Positions 10,686-20,582 of a stretch of 64,000 nucleotides of DNA are shown piece by piece (position 1 is the stretch's first letter; every line of letters begins with the position of its first letter). The stretch comes from an uncultured Candidatus Saccharibacteria bacterium (lineage in GTDB: Bacteria; Patescibacteriota; Saccharimonadia; Saccharimonadales; CAYLGV01). Location of the stretch: the NCBI GenBank assembly GCA_964394925.1, contig CAYMZG010000001.1, positions 131,656 through 195,655 on the forward strand. Direction: 5' to 3'. Below the pieces are notes generated by a model. That model ran no database searches and was not told the DNA's origin. It worked only from the letters and a program-made list of their open reading frames with translations. A program made the translations under genes and the position numbers.

Positions 10686-10958
10686 TTAGAGCAGATCATT
10701 AGGTGGGATATTTACCACGTCAGGCATCGGTTGAGCAACATCGACTATGTTTATGACTGCCAAATTTTTTAGCACATCGAATAGCTCACCCTCTGAGACA
10801 TCTTCAACGCGTAAATTACCACTAACATCTGTGGGCATTACCCAGTAATCAACCTCAAGTGCAGCTTTTAATGCATCAATACAGCTTTCGGGTTCAACTC
10901 TTAGGCTGAAACCATATTTGGCATATTTAATTGCTTCGACTCTTGCTTTTTCTGGCAT
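10686..10958 (-). CDS. hypothetical protein (90 aa, acidic)
   Basis: ORF only; fills the gap between alaS and the ftsA-like gene on the same strand. Confidence 0.45.
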   Translation of the reverse strand: MPEKARVEAIKYAKYGFSLRVEPESCIDALKAALEVDYWVMPTDVSGNLRVEDVSEGELFDVLKNLAVINIVDVAQPMPDVVNIPPNDLL

Positions 10959-10966
10959 ATTTTGTG

Positions 10967-12865
10967 TTACACGAGCACTGCTTTTATACGCCGCACTCCA
11001 GCAGAGCTGGCTTCTTCTTTGAGAATTTTGAACTTCTTGTTGTCTTCGTACAGCTGCAATGTGTGGTCCACATGCGGGCCACCGCAGATCTCGAAACTGA
11101 AGGGTCGTTCTTTTGGATCTGACTTTGGATCTTTCATGCTGTAGACCTTAACCGTATCACCGTAGCGATCACCAAACTGACCAAGAGCGCCAAGTGGCCC
11201 CGTGGCTTCTTTGGTGGGATACTCTGCCCAACTGACCTGCAAATCTTTGCTGATCTGTTCATTAACAATCGCTTCCACTTGCTCGATTTGCTCGGGCGTG
11301 ACCTTTTCTGGGTGAGAAAAGTCAAAACGCAGTCGTTCTTCGGTAATGTTTGATCCCCGTTGAATCACGTGATCACCGAGCACATCACGAAGCGCCTGGT
11401 ACATGAGGTGTGTAGCCGTATGGTATTTTTTGTGAATCAGCTGCTGACCACCAAGACCACCCTTAAATGTACCCTTTGTGGCCGTCTGTGAACGCTGACG
11501 CTGTTCGGCCATCTTGGCGTCGAATTCTTTCTGCCAATTCTTTGATAACGCAAAGTCTTTAATTGCTGCTTCTTCGGTAGAAATCTCAATTGGGAATCCG
11601 TAGGTGTCATACAAGGTAAAGATATGTTCGCCGTTTAATTCTCCAGTACTTGCCATTTTTTCGAGTTCTCGCACGCCCTTGCGGAGTGTCTGGCGAAAGA
11701 CTTTTTCTTCTTTGACAAGTACATCGATCACCTCTGTTTTGTTCTGCTTCACTTCAGGATAGTCGTTCTCGTATAGTTCAGCGATGATTGGCACCACGTC
11801 TTGCAGGAAGTTTTGCTCAATACCAAGCTCAAAGGCGAAGCGAATGGCCCGACGCAGCAAACGGCGCATAACGTACCCCTGCTCTTTGTTGCTTGGTCGC
11901 ACGCCATCAACCGCCAGGAACGTCGCGGCCCGTAAATGGTCAGAAATCACCTGCATGCTTTCGCGGTGCGAATCATAACTCTTGCCACTGAGCTTTTGTA
12001 GTTGTTCAATAATCGGCCATAGAATACTTATACGGAACATGTCAGGAGAATCAATGGCAGCCTGAGCAATGCGCTCGAGCCCACCGCCAAAATCAATATT
12101 CGGTTTTGCGAGCGGCTCAAAACCCTTTTCAGTTCGCTGATATTCCATAAATACTTGGTTGCCAATCTCTACGAAACGACCTGAATCACTTGCGGGATGA
12201 GGTTCACCAAAACCGGGTTTATGGCTGGCGGCGCCGAAGTCATAAAATACTTCACTGTCCGGGCCGCACGGATCGCCAACGGGTGTTTTACTAATGCCAC
12301 CGCCGCGACTCCACCAGTTCTCGCCGTCGTCATAAAAGAAGATGCGCTCGCCAGGTTTAATACCTCGCTTGTCGCCATCAGCTTGTGAGCCAATCTCGGC
12401 AATCTTAGCTTCAATACCCTTGCTTTCAAAAAGCTTTTGCCAGATCTTAGCAGCCTTATCATCGCGTGGTACACCAGCTGATTCATCGCCAATAAAACAG
12501 GTAACATAAAGGTTCTCTGGATTAAGCCCAACAACATCTACGAGGAACTCGAAGAACCACGGGATTTGCTCTTCTTTGGTATAGTCGCCGAGCGACCAGT
12601 TGCCGAGCATCTCGAAAAAAGTTGTATGACGATCATCGCCAATGTCTTCGATATCCATGGCGCGCAAACACGTTTGGCTATCTGCTAGCCGTGTTCCATC
12701 TTGGTGCGGTTCGCCAAGCAAATACGGCACCAACGGCTGCATGCCTGAACCCGTAAACAAGGTCGTTGGATCATTGTACGGCACCAGCAGCGCCCGCGGG
12801 ATTATCTTGTGCCCGCGTTTTTCAAAGAATTCTAAATACGCCTTCCGAATTTCCTGTGCATTCAT
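10967..12865 (-). CDS. alaS: alanine--tRNA ligase, short form (catalytic, tRNA-recognition and editing domains; no C-Ala domain)
   Basis: MNAQEIRKAYLEFFEKRGH...FTGSGMQP. Editing-domain metal motifs HTATHLM and CGGPHV. The protein ends right after GVRRIKAV. Confidence 0.9.
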   Translation of the reverse strand: MNAQEIRKAYLEFFEKRGHKIIPRALLVPYNDPTTLFTGSGMQPLVPYLLGEPHQDGTRLADSQTCLRAMDIEDIGDDRHTTFFEMLGNWSLGDYTKEEQIPWFFEFLVDVVGLNPENLYVTCFIGDESAGVPRDDKAAKIWQKLFESKGIEAKIAEIGSQADGDKRGIKPGERIFFYDDGENWWSRGGGISKTPVGDPCGPDSEVFYDFGAASHKPGFGEPHPASDSGRFVEIGNQVFMEYQRTEKGFEPLAKPNIDFGGGLERIAQAAIDSPDMFRISILWPIIEQLQKLSGKSYDSHRESMQVISDHLRAATFLAVDGVRPSNKEQGYVMRRLLRRAIRFAFELGIEQNFLQDVVPIIAELYENDYPEVKQNKTEVIDVLVKEEKVFRQTLRKGVRELEKMASTGELNGEHIFTLYDTYGFPIEISTEEAAIKDFALSKNWQKEFDAKMAEQRQRSQTATKGTFKGGLGGQQLIHKKYHTATHLMYQALRDVLGDHVIQRGSNITEERLRFDFSHPEKVTPEQIEQVEAIVNEQISKDLQVSWAEYPTKEATGPLGALGQFGDRYGDTVKVYSMKDPKSDPKERPFSFEICGGPHVDHTLQLYEDNKKFKILKEEASSAGVRRIKAVLV

Positions 12866-12921
12866 ATCTGTAAAATTATAGCATTACTCCCAGTAAAATT
12901 GGTACCGGAATACACGCGGAG

Positions 12922-14916
12922 TTAGTACAGTTTTGTGTGGGACAAGCCGCCCCACTCAACAACAGTGAAGCCATCACGCCTATCAAGCTTCTGGAGCTTT
13001 TGGGCTGGTAGTGATATTAGCTGGTCGAAGCCATCCATGTCGAGGAAAACTCGGAAAACAGTCGTTGGCTTTGGTTTCACAGAGAGTGGCGCCAAACGAT
13101 TGATTTCATTAGTACTAAACCACGTCAGTCGCACATATGGCTTGTTGGGGATTCGGCTAGCCCAGTAATCCATAAAGTCTTGGGTTTCTTGGGTATTCAG
13201 GCCCTGGGCCAACAACTGGCTGCGCATAGTCGCTTCTGCTTGTGATCGAGGCACGACTGTTCCGCTCGCAATACCGGGATACGTTCCCCAGCCTGGGCCC
13301 TCCCAGAACAGTGAACCGTATGTCTTGCCACCCATTGTTAGTTGGCCATTTGGATTTGCCAGAACAGTCCAACCCTTCTTGGCATCGTACAACGGATCTG
13401 ACACCTTCACATCCGCCCCTACACGAACCGTAACATTGGTTGGCACTGTTGGATAGAGGTATACGACGGGCTTGGCGCAGCCACCTGCGGGAGCATATTT
13501 ATCTGAAGAGAGGATAAACCACTCACCATTTTTAGATTTTGCAGCAAAAACAGCATGATCCCGCATAAATTCATCAATTGTGACATTTTTGTATGGGAAA
13601 GTGGTGTCGTCTTTGTAGAATTCTTTGGTCTCATTGTAGGCTTTTTGCACAAGAGTATTGTTCTTGTCCTTAAAGTCATACAACGTTATGCCGTCAGTGG
13701 TTTTGCCAGCAGCAACAAGGTCAGATTCAGTTACCGCGTTTCCAATGCTAATACTGTTGGACGTAGATCCACAACCACGTACGATTCCTAAATATTTCTC
13801 ATCACTTTTATATCCATTGTTCCATATCGTTTCTTTGTAACTTGATCCTACTGGACGATACATCAACGAAACTCGTGTTTTGATGGGAAGTACTACGTTG
13901 TATGAAAGTGCCGTTAACTTCGTGTCGTTGTATGCTATTCGCTTTTCGAATAGCTCGCTGCCGCCAAGTTTTTTAACACTTTTTTCAGTGTTTTTGCTGT
14001 TATTATCCGTATTGGTCGGTTTCTGATAATCTGGATTTCCGTCAGACGGTTCGCCCAAATATGCAATATCGTAAGTGAGCACCTCGCCATTATCGAGTGT
14101 TAATTTTTGAGGCACACTTAGTGAGTCGTAGTGTGTGTTTTGGTCAATCTTAATTGTCGATTTTATGTCTGCGGAATCTTTGTTGAAGGTTGTTTTTACA
14201 TTTGCATTAGGTTGCACAATATAGCTAATGGTGCCGTCGGGAGCCTTCTCAAATAGGTCCGTCTCTGTAATCACCTCGTGTTTTTGCCTTGCAATAATGA
14301 CATTACTGCCACGCTTACCTATTTCGAAATATTTGATGTTAAAGTCTGCTTCGTTCCCTGTTGTCGTTGAAAAGCCTTGTGAGGGTAACGTCTTGTATGC
14401 GGCATACCATGTCTCACCTGTCGTTGGTTGCATGAATCGTTGAAGTTGTGGGTCTGTTGCGGCAGTTTTTTGTTCTTCTTTAGATTTGGCGGTTGTTTGA
14501 GCCTTGCCTGACTCGCCAGATGGATTTGGGGTTGTTTTCTTAGACTTATAGTAGGCATAAGCACCACCGGCAGCCGCTAATAGTAATAAAACAACGAGAG
14601 CAATAAACAACTTTTTTTGAGACTTCTTTCCAGTCACGGAGCCATTGGGCTGAGCTGGGGCAGCCTGGGCAGATACCGGAGCAACGGAATCTGTTGGCAC
14701 ATCACTAGTTGGTTCACTTTCGGCCGTAGTAACCTCAGTCGTTGCCGCAGAATCAGCATTTGGTTCAAAAACCTGCTCAGGTGCGGGTGGTGCAGGCACG
14801 TCGATGTTGGTATCTCCAGCTTGTTCGTCCGCAGCTGAGTCTGGAGCCCGGCCTGACACTTGATCGGTTGATTCGGGTGTTGTTGCAGCCGGCTCTTTGG
14901 TTGGTTCAGTGTCCAT
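12922..14916 (-). CDS. hypothetical membrane-anchored extracytoplasmic protein
   Basis: 664 aa. Disordered Pro/Ala/Thr/Glu-rich N-terminus, one TM (LFIALVVLLLLAAAGGAYAYY), then a large folded-looking C-terminal region. No family recognised. Confidence 0.65.
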   Translation of the reverse strand: MDTEPTKEPAATTPESTDQVSGRAPDSAADEQAGDTNIDVPAPPAPEQVFEPNADSAATTEVTTAESEPTSDVPTDSVAPVSAQAAPAQPNGSVTGKKSQKKLFIALVVLLLLAAAGGAYAYYKSKKTTPNPSGESGKAQTTAKSKEEQKTAATDPQLQRFMQPTTGETWYAAYKTLPSQGFSTTTGNEADFNIKYFEIGKRGSNVIIARQKHEVITETDLFEKAPDGTISYIVQPNANVKTTFNKDSADIKSTIKIDQNTHYDSLSVPQKLTLDNGEVLTYDIAYLGEPSDGNPDYQKPTNTDNNSKNTEKSVKKLGGSELFEKRIAYNDTKLTALSYNVVLPIKTRVSLMYRPVGSSYKETIWNNGYKSDEKYLGIVRGCGSTSNSISIGNAVTESDLVAAGKTTDGITLYDFKDKNNTLVQKAYNETKEFYKDDTTFPYKNVTIDEFMRDHAVFAAKSKNGEWFILSSDKYAPAGGCAKPVVYLYPTVPTNVTVRVGADVKVSDPLYDAKKGWTVLANPNGQLTMGGKTYGSLFWEGPGWGTYPGIASGTVVPRSQAEATMRSQLLAQGLNTQETQDFMDYWASRIPNKPYVRLTWFSTNEINRLAPLSVKPKPTTVFRVFLDMDGFDQLISLPAQKLQKLDRRDGFTVVEWGGLSHTKLY

Positions 14917-15001
14917 TGTATCCTCTGTGCTTGCACTTATGTTCTAGACAAAGTGTACTATGCAAACATAAGCAATACAACGCGCGGTTTGAAAGCTTTC
15001 G

Positions 15002-16030
15002 TTAAACAACTATGCCGCCGCCAAGCACACGGTCGGCATCATACAAAACAGCCGACTGACCAGGCGTAACAGCACGCACCGCATCATTAAGGGCTAGCTG
15101 GTGACCGTCAACAGTGCAATCCACTAACGGTGCCCTATACCGCGTGCGTACTTGGTACGTTCTGCCTGGCTCTGGCGACTCACCAATCCAGTGCAAATCG
15201 GTAAGCGTAATCTGGTCACGCCACAAGCGATCATCTTGCAGATCGGTCGTAACATACACCTCATTCTTGTTCATATCCTTACCAACCACGTAATACGGCA
15301 AGCCACCACCAACGTCCAGCCCATGACGTTGGCCTATGGTATAAAAGATCGCGCCGTCGTGCTTTCCAATCACTTCACCATTACTCGCCACGATATCGCC
15401 CGGTTTGGTCGTAACATACTGCTCAAGAAACTCCCGAATACCAACCTTGCCAACAAAACAGATACCCTGGCTATCCTTCTTCTCGGCCGTTGCCAGGCCA
15501 AGCTTTTTGGCCATGTCCCGCACGTCTTGCTTTGTTTTAAAATCACCGATTGGCATTAGACTTTTTGATAGCGCCTCTGAAGTAACACGATATAAAAAGT
15601 AGGTTTGATCCTTTTCAAGATTGGCAGCGGTATATAATTGGCCATTGTTAACGCGGGCGTAATGGCCAGTAGCAATCAGATCGGCGCCATCTTCGAGCGC
15701 CGTTTCGAGGAAGAGTTTAAACTTCACCTCCTGATTGCACATGATGTCGGGGTTTGGGGTGCGTCCAGCCTTATATTCATCAATCATGTAGTCAACAACT
15801 TTTTGTCGATACTCCGTCTCAAAGTCATACATTTTAAAATCAATACCGAGTTGTACTGTTACGCGCTTGGCGTCCTGGAAATCCTCTTTCCATGGGCACG
15901 GGAACCCAGGTAGGTCCTGGCTCCAATTTTTCATGTACACGCCAACCACATTATAGCCTTGCTCCTTTAGCAAAGCTGCCGTAACCGATGAGTCAACGCC
16001 ACCGCTCAAACCAACATACACTGTCTGCAT
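15002..16030 (-). CDS. mnmA: tRNA-specific 2-thiouridylase MnmA
   Basis: PP-loop VGLSGGVDSSV, catalytic Cys regions (NPDIMCN, SQGICFVG), 342 aa. Confidence 0.95.
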   Translation of the reverse strand: MQTVYVGLSGGVDSSVTAALLKEQGYNVVGVYMKNWSQDLPGFPCPWKEDFQDAKRVTVQLGIDFKMYDFETEYRQKVVDYMIDEYKAGRTPNPDIMCNQEVKFKLFLETALEDGADLIATGHYARVNNGQLYTAANLEKDQTYFLYRVTSEALSKSLMPIGDFKTKQDVRDMAKKLGLATAEKKDSQGICFVGKVGIREFLEQYVTTKPGDIVASNGEVIGKHDGAIFYTIGQRHGLDVGGGLPYYVVGKDMNKNEVYVTTDLQDDRLWRDQITLTDLHWIGESPEPGRTYQVRTRYRAPLVDCTVDGHQLALNDAVRAVTPGQSAVLYDADRVLGGGIVV

Positions 16031-16040
16031 AACTCATCTA

Positions 16041-16166
16041 TTCTAACAGATAGCACTCACTACTACTCCGGAGTACGGAAAGCCGCCAAAAGAACAATTG
16101 TTCTTGGCTTTCCTCCGGCAATATAAGCAGAGCCCCCGTCATAGTAGTGAGTGCTATCTGTTAGAA
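16041..16166. repeat. 126-nt nested inverted repeat (25-bp perfect outer arms enclosing the 61-nt hairpin element)
   Basis: 16041..16065 (TTCTAACAGATAGCACTCACTACTA) is the exact reverse complement of 16142..16166. The right arm overlaps the TAA of the PKD gene. The left arm ends 10 nt before the mnmA ATG. Confidence 0.85.
16076..16136 (-). repeat. 61-nt hairpin element, copy A (palindromic core AAGAACAATTGTTCTT)
   Basis: The reverse complement of 16076..16136 matches 24041..24100 with 2 substitutions and 1 indel, including 46 of 47 identical over the first 47 nt. Confidence 0.85.
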
Positions 16167-17063
16167 CGGTCGATCGCCGCGTTCGATCTTCTTTTTGAGC
16201 ACTCGTAGTTCGTGACGCTTACCAAGCCAGAAAGTAGAGATGACAAATGGAATGCTGATTGCCGCTGGCTGCCAGATGATCTTTGATTTAACTTGTGTTG
16301 TTCCAGTGCCGCCCCCATTCTTATTCTGAGCATTACCGGCATCCTGGCTGAGGGCACCGTTGGCGATACCTACCAACTGCAAGAACGCACTCACCCCGTT
16401 TTTATCCGTGGCTTTTACCACAATGTTATATATACCGGGGTTATCGTATTTGTGCTCAATGCTAAAAGTGCCTGGGAACTGCTGGCTTTTAAGGTCGGGT
16501 GATTTACCGTCGCCCCAGTCAACACTAATGGCATACGGTCCTTCGCCACCAGCCAGAACGATTGGCCACGTCAATGTATCGCCAGGGTTAACACCACGCT
16601 TAGCATACGTACTTGTTAGGGTTGGGCGTGATGCAGCCCCGGGCCTAGCATCGTTGAACGTGACATTTACCTTGTTTGAATCCGGCCCATTTTGATCGAG
16701 TGAATCGTAGACACGAGCAACCAACTCATTCGCTCCAGTAAAGAGGTCGATTTTGATGGAGAAACTGCCGTTCTCGCACTGTTGCGACCCGGCGAACACA
16801 TTATTTTTAAACAATTTAACCAAGAGACCCTTTGGGCATATACCACTGACATCGATTGGTATTGCGCCGAAGGCTTGGCCATCACGAGGCAGGCTTATGG
16901 TAGCCCCTTGCGTTGGCGGTGGAGAGGAGATAGTTCCTTGTAGCCCAACTGAGCCATTCTGGGGGTTTGTCACAGCGAGTACCGGACGATATACCGAAAG
17001 CAGCGCAACCAATACTGCACTGAAGCCAAGCCCACACTTTAACCAGATCGTTCGCGTTTTCAT
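16161..17063 (-). CDS. signal-peptide, PKD-domain protein with a C-terminal TM anchor
   Basis: N-terminal signal/TM. PKD-like segment YAISVDWGDGKSP...FSIEHKYDNPGIYNIVVKATDKNG. C-terminal TM (AAISIPFVISTFWLG) plus a basic tail. Confidence 0.7.
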   Translation of the reverse strand: MKTRTIWLKCGLGFSAVLVALLSVYRPVLAVTNPQNGSVGLQGTISSPPPTQGATISLPRDGQAFGAIPIDVSGICPKGLLVKLFKNNVFAGSQQCENGSFSIKIDLFTGANELVARVYDSLDQNGPDSNKVNVTFNDARPGAASRPTLTSTYAKRGVNPGDTLTWPIVLAGGEGPYAISVDWGDGKSPDLKSQQFPGTFSIEHKYDNPGIYNIVVKATDKNGVSAFLQLVGIANGALSQDAGNAQNKNGGGTGTTQVKSKIIWQPAAISIPFVISTFWLGKRHELRVLKKKIERGDRPF

Positions 17064-17093
17064 GTTACTTGGTTACATCATAGCGTAAGCAGT

Positions 17094-17125
17094 AAGAAAA
17101 GGCCACCTCCGCTTTGGAGGTGGCC
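17094..17125 (-). terminator. rho-independent terminator after the DUF916-like gene
   Basis: GGCCACCTCC-5 nt-GGAGGTGGCC (17101..17125), followed on the minus strand by TTTTCTT (17100..17094). Confidence 0.75.
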
Positions 17126-17153
17126 AATTTCTGACAGATTTACTAACGCTTAC

Positions 17154-18161
17154 TTAGTCGTTTTGATTTTTCTTGTTCACCTCATGCTTGTGCTGGCGCT
17201 TGGCACGCGTCTTGCGGACGATCCAGAAGATAGCGGCCACAATCAGTACTAGTACTGCAATCAAGCCGATCAGGACGGGGATTGGAATGTACCAGAAGCT
17301 TGTCTTGGCCGTGATGAGCTGACCACCACCCGAGCTATAACCAATATTAGCTTCGATGGTATAGCGACCGAGCCATGATTTGTGTGATAGTTCATTTACA
17401 AACTTACGAGTACTATCGGGGAGAATGTTCGCACGCGGTTCAGTATTATTAAACTCGTACTGTGTAACAATCTTGCCGAACATATCCTTCACAAGCACGG
17501 TGCCATAAGGCTTTACGTGAATGTCGCCGCTGTTCTTTAGGCGGATAAGCGATGATACATTGCCCTTCGTGAAGAAGCTCTTTGCACTACTACCATCAGC
17601 TGCCGAGAACTGAACAAGGTCAAGTTGTTCCGTCAAGTTGCCAGGAACGCGTACCAGCACAATAGTGCCAACACTAGCTGTCAGGCCAATGTTACCGGCC
17701 GTACCAGTTGTAGGAACGAAGCGAATGGCACCGTAGTAACCACCTGAATTAGCGTCTTTGGGTACGCTAATGGTAACTTGGATGTCCTTCTTTTCCTTTG
17801 CAGACAATGGCACATCAGGAATTGGCTGTACCAGCTTCTTAAAGTCATTCTTTGGTGTTGGAGCTTTCTCGTCAAGGATCAAACGAGCTTCACCGTCTTC
17901 GTTGTCACTGGCGATAAAGTTGTTAATTATCGCTTTTGCCGTTGTTGATTCAGCTGTTGGATTCTCAACAGTCACGGTAAGTTGCTGACTCTGCCCCTTC
18001 TCTACAGTTAGCTCGCTTCTAACTGGTGAGATCCTGAAACCATTACCGCTACCACTCTTATTGCCACTAGATTGAGCCAAAGCCGCTTGCATTGGCAGCA
18101 TAGCTACTAACAGCAACAAACCAGATGCAATAGCACTGCTAAGTTTATAAAATCTTCGCAT
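17154..18161 (-). CDS. DUF916/DUF3324-like cell-surface protein (signal peptide, two beta-sandwich-like halves, C-terminal TM and KR tail)
   Basis: GFRISPVRSELTVEKGQSQQLTVTVENPT...GGYYGAIRF in the N-half. LKNSGDIHVKPYGTVLVKD...GRYTIEANI in the C-half. Then IPIPVLIGLIAVLVLIVAAIFWIV-RKTRAKRQHK. This is the architecture of CscA/Duf proteins of Firmicutes WxL clusters. Recognised from memory, no search run. Confidence 0.6.
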   Translation of the reverse strand: MRRFYKLSSAIASGLLLLVAMLPMQAALAQSSGNKSGSGNGFRISPVRSELTVEKGQSQQLTVTVENPTAESTTAKAIINNFIASDNEDGEARLILDEKAPTPKNDFKKLVQPIPDVPLSAKEKKDIQVTISVPKDANSGGYYGAIRFVPTTGTAGNIGLTASVGTIVLVRVPGNLTEQLDLVQFSAADGSSAKSFFTKGNVSSLIRLKNSGDIHVKPYGTVLVKDMFGKIVTQYEFNNTEPRANILPDSTRKFVNELSHKSWLGRYTIEANIGYSSGGGQLITAKTSFWYIPIPVLIGLIAVLVLIVAAIFWIVRKTRAKRQHKHEVNKKNQND

Positions 18162-18216
18162 TATGTTCCCTCATACCCTCTTAGTATTAACGTATGGCTC
18201 CATACTACCATTATGC

Positions 18217-19281
18217 TTAGAAATTTGCCAAGCAAATATAGGTTATGGTTGTAGCATATACACCAGGTGACTGGGCTTTACTGATATTAGCAACGTAGCT
18301 TACTGTAAATTTACGGTAATCGCTTGAGTGTCCGATGCTCACAATTGGGTCGCCAGGATTGAATCGATATAAATTAGGCGTGCCATATGCCGCTGTTGGC
18401 TGAGCCGCTCCAGGGCCCGCAGGCTCGTCACCAATGGCCGGATTGCTGTTACTACGTAAGTTTAGCCCGAATTGGCTTGTGCCCGGGATTACGCCTGCCT
18501 GCGTGACAAGGCCAGGGATAACGTTGTTGCCAGAAGTTAATGAGGTCCCGCTAAGGGTGACTGTGTAACCCGACGCCGCATTAGTAGCACTCACAAACTG
18601 CGAAGAGGCTTTATTAACCTTTGTATCACTGAGCTCACCAAAATCAATTAGATAACTATTAGCTGAGCTACAGTCTAGGTTAACAATGGTTATGCCTACA
18701 CAAAAAGTAAGGTACGGTGGCACCTCGCTCGACAGTGTCAGGCCTGGTTCTATAGAGAGTGCAATACCACCCTCCTGAATAGCACTCCCAGTCGCATCAG
18801 TTGACGAAAAGGTTCTCAGACGCACAAAGAACGTGCCCGCTACTGTCGGGTTGGTTACATTACTGAGCTCATACACCGAGTCCGTTACAGCACTTGGCAG
18901 TACGGGAGGACGCGACAGAACAAGGCGGTTATTCGTCGTGGAGTACTTAATAAACCCAGACTCACCCGTCTGGTTGCTTAATATAACAGCATTAATGTCA
19001 AAGCCAGTCGGCGCGGTGCAAACATTACCGGGTATTGGGTCATTGGAACAAAACTGCATCTCAATTGATCCAACCGGTGTGCTGAAATCGGTGATGCGAA
19101 AGCTAACCGTGTGCGTCGTGACGGCACCAGCAGTTGAACTAGCCATTTTGTCTTGTCGATTCTGTAATGATGTTACAGCAAAAACAGGCGGCACACTCAT
19201 TATTATGTGTGCCGCCAATACCAGGCTAATTGCCAGAATGTTAGTGCTAGAAACTAGTGACCATAAGCGTCGGCGATGCAT
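18217..19281 (-). CDS. secreted Thr/Ser/Gly-rich surface subunit, paralog 3 (354 aa)
   Basis: Has a signal peptide. Shares FCSNDPIPGNVCTAPTGF, SQFGLNL and the C-terminal strand GVYATTITYICLANF-COOH with the neighbouring paralogs. Confidence 0.7.
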   Translation of the reverse strand: MHRRRLWSLVSSTNILAISLVLAAHIIMSVPPVFAVTSLQNRQDKMASSTAGAVTTHTVSFRITDFSTPVGSIEMQFCSNDPIPGNVCTAPTGFDINAVILSNQTGESGFIKYSTTNNRLVLSRPPVLPSAVTDSVYELSNVTNPTVAGTFFVRLRTFSSTDATGSAIQEGGIALSIEPGLTLSSEVPPYLTFCVGITIVNLDCSSANSYLIDFGELSDTKVNKASSQFVSATNAASGYTVTLSGTSLTSGNNVIPGLVTQAGVIPGTSQFGLNLRSNSNPAIGDEPAGPGAAQPTAAYGTPNLYRFNPGDPIVSIGHSSDYRKFTVSYVANISKAQSPGVYATTITYICLANF

Positions 19282-19298
19282 AGCCTCTCATTATAGGT

Positions 19299-20516
19299 CT
19301 AATAGTTACCTGTCGCAATAAACGTTAGCGTTGAGGTGTAGATACCTGGTTCAGTAGCGTTGCTGATGTTACCAAGGAACACCAGGATGCCGGTCGAGAA
19401 GTCACCTGCTGTCTTGGTTGCGATAGTGTCGCCGTAAGTGCTCGTAACGTTGTCGTTTGACGTAGTCGTGTCGTAGCCGAAGGTAGCGCTGTTATCGTTA
19501 CCTGCGCCTTGTCCAGCGGTGGTGCCAGAACAGCTTGCGCTGTTGTATGGTGCGGAAGCCGTGAGACCAGTAGTACCACCACCAGTGTCACGATAAGTAC
19601 AAAGACCGAACTGTTCACTTCCCGTGGTGCTGGTAGTACCAGAGGAGTTACCAGCAGCTATAGCATCAATTGTGTTCGAGCCAGAAGTTGGTACGGCACC
19701 TTTGGCACGAATTGTTACACCATTTGATGCATTAGTTGTGACATTATACTTGGCTGATTTATTGATTGATGGCAACGTTGGGCTTAGCACACCGTTAGCG
19801 TCACCCAAAACAACGGGGTTTGTGGTGCTTACTGAGCCACAGCTCGTATAGGCTGCTGCTGAGGTATATACACAAAATGTTAGGCGTTCCTGGACCTTGG
19901 CCTGGATCGTAATCTGGTCGGCCGTACTAAGTGCGCTACCACCAGCATCTGCATACGCCCCTGGCGTGCCAGAAGTATAGGCCTGTGCCGTTGCGGTTAC
20001 TGCATAGGTAAGAATACGAGCATAGAATGAAGTGTTGCTTGCAGTTGGGTTTTCGACACCAACAACAGTGATGTTAACGGTCTGGCCGCTACTCACACTT
20101 GCAGCGGTGCGTGTAAGGACCAGTTTGTTATCGGTTGTGTTTGTGGTGTCTTTTGAAAAGTCCGTGATTGCACTACTCCCACCATCACCAGGCTGAGTAA
20201 GGGTTGCTGTGTTGTCGCCGGACTTGGCGTGCCACTTGAAACCCGAAGGCGCAGTACATGTATCACCGATAATTGGCGTTGTACTACAAATATCAACCAC
20301 CAAACCACCAATGTTACCGGTAGTAGCAGTTACGAAGGAAATGTCGTAGCTTACGCCCGTGTCTCCGCCCTTTGAGCTACTAAGCTTAATGGTTCTTGAT
20401 GTTAGAAGGCCGGCGTACGCGGTGGATCTCATTGCCAGCGGCAGCACAAGCGAAAACAGCAACACCGCTGTAATCAACAAGGCCGATGGCCTACGTAGTG
20501 TCTCTCGGGTAAACAT
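19299..20516 (-). CDS. secreted Thr/Ser/Gly-rich surface subunit, paralog 2 (405 aa)
   Basis: Signal peptide (..STAYA|G). ICSTTPIIGDTCTAPSGF, EQFGLCTYRD, C-terminus GIYTSTLTFIATGNY-COOH. Strong SD (AAGGAGAAAAA) and its own promoter. Confidence 0.75.
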   Translation of the reverse strand: MFTRETLRRPSALLITAVLLFSLVLPLAMRSTAYAGLLTSRTIKLSSSKGGDTGVSYDISFVTATTGNIGGLVVDICSTTPIIGDTCTAPSGFKWHAKSGDNTATLTQPGDGGSSAITDFSKDTTNTTDNKLVLTRTAASVSSGQTVNITVVGVENPTASNTSFYARILTYAVTATAQAYTSGTPGAYADAGGSALSTADQITIQAKVQERLTFCVYTSAAAYTSCGSVSTTNPVVLGDANGVLSPTLPSINKSAKYNVTTNASNGVTIRAKGAVPTSGSNTIDAIAAGNSSGTTSTTGSEQFGLCTYRDTGGGTTGLTASAPYNSASCSGTTAGQGAGNDNSATFGYDTTTSNDNVTSTYGDTIATKTAGDFSTGILVFLGNISNATEPGIYTSTLTFIATGNY

Positions 20517-20582
20517 GTTTTTTCTCCTTATTTGATTTGTGTTTACTTATCGATTTGAATTGAATCATTTCAATTTAATGTA

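Noticed and set aside
16041-16166. Interpretation of the 126-nt element with 25-bp terminal inverted repeats as a MITE
   Set aside because: There is no target-site duplication flanking the arms (left flank ..CATCTA, right flank CGGTCG..). The second copy of the core at 24041 lacks these arms. No transposase was seen. It is kept as a structured repeat instead.
18833-19321. 162-aa plus-strand ORF antisense to surface subunit paralog 3
   Set aside because: It is a shadow ORF inside a gene whose protein has a signal peptide and motifs shared with three paralogs. The antisense product has neither.
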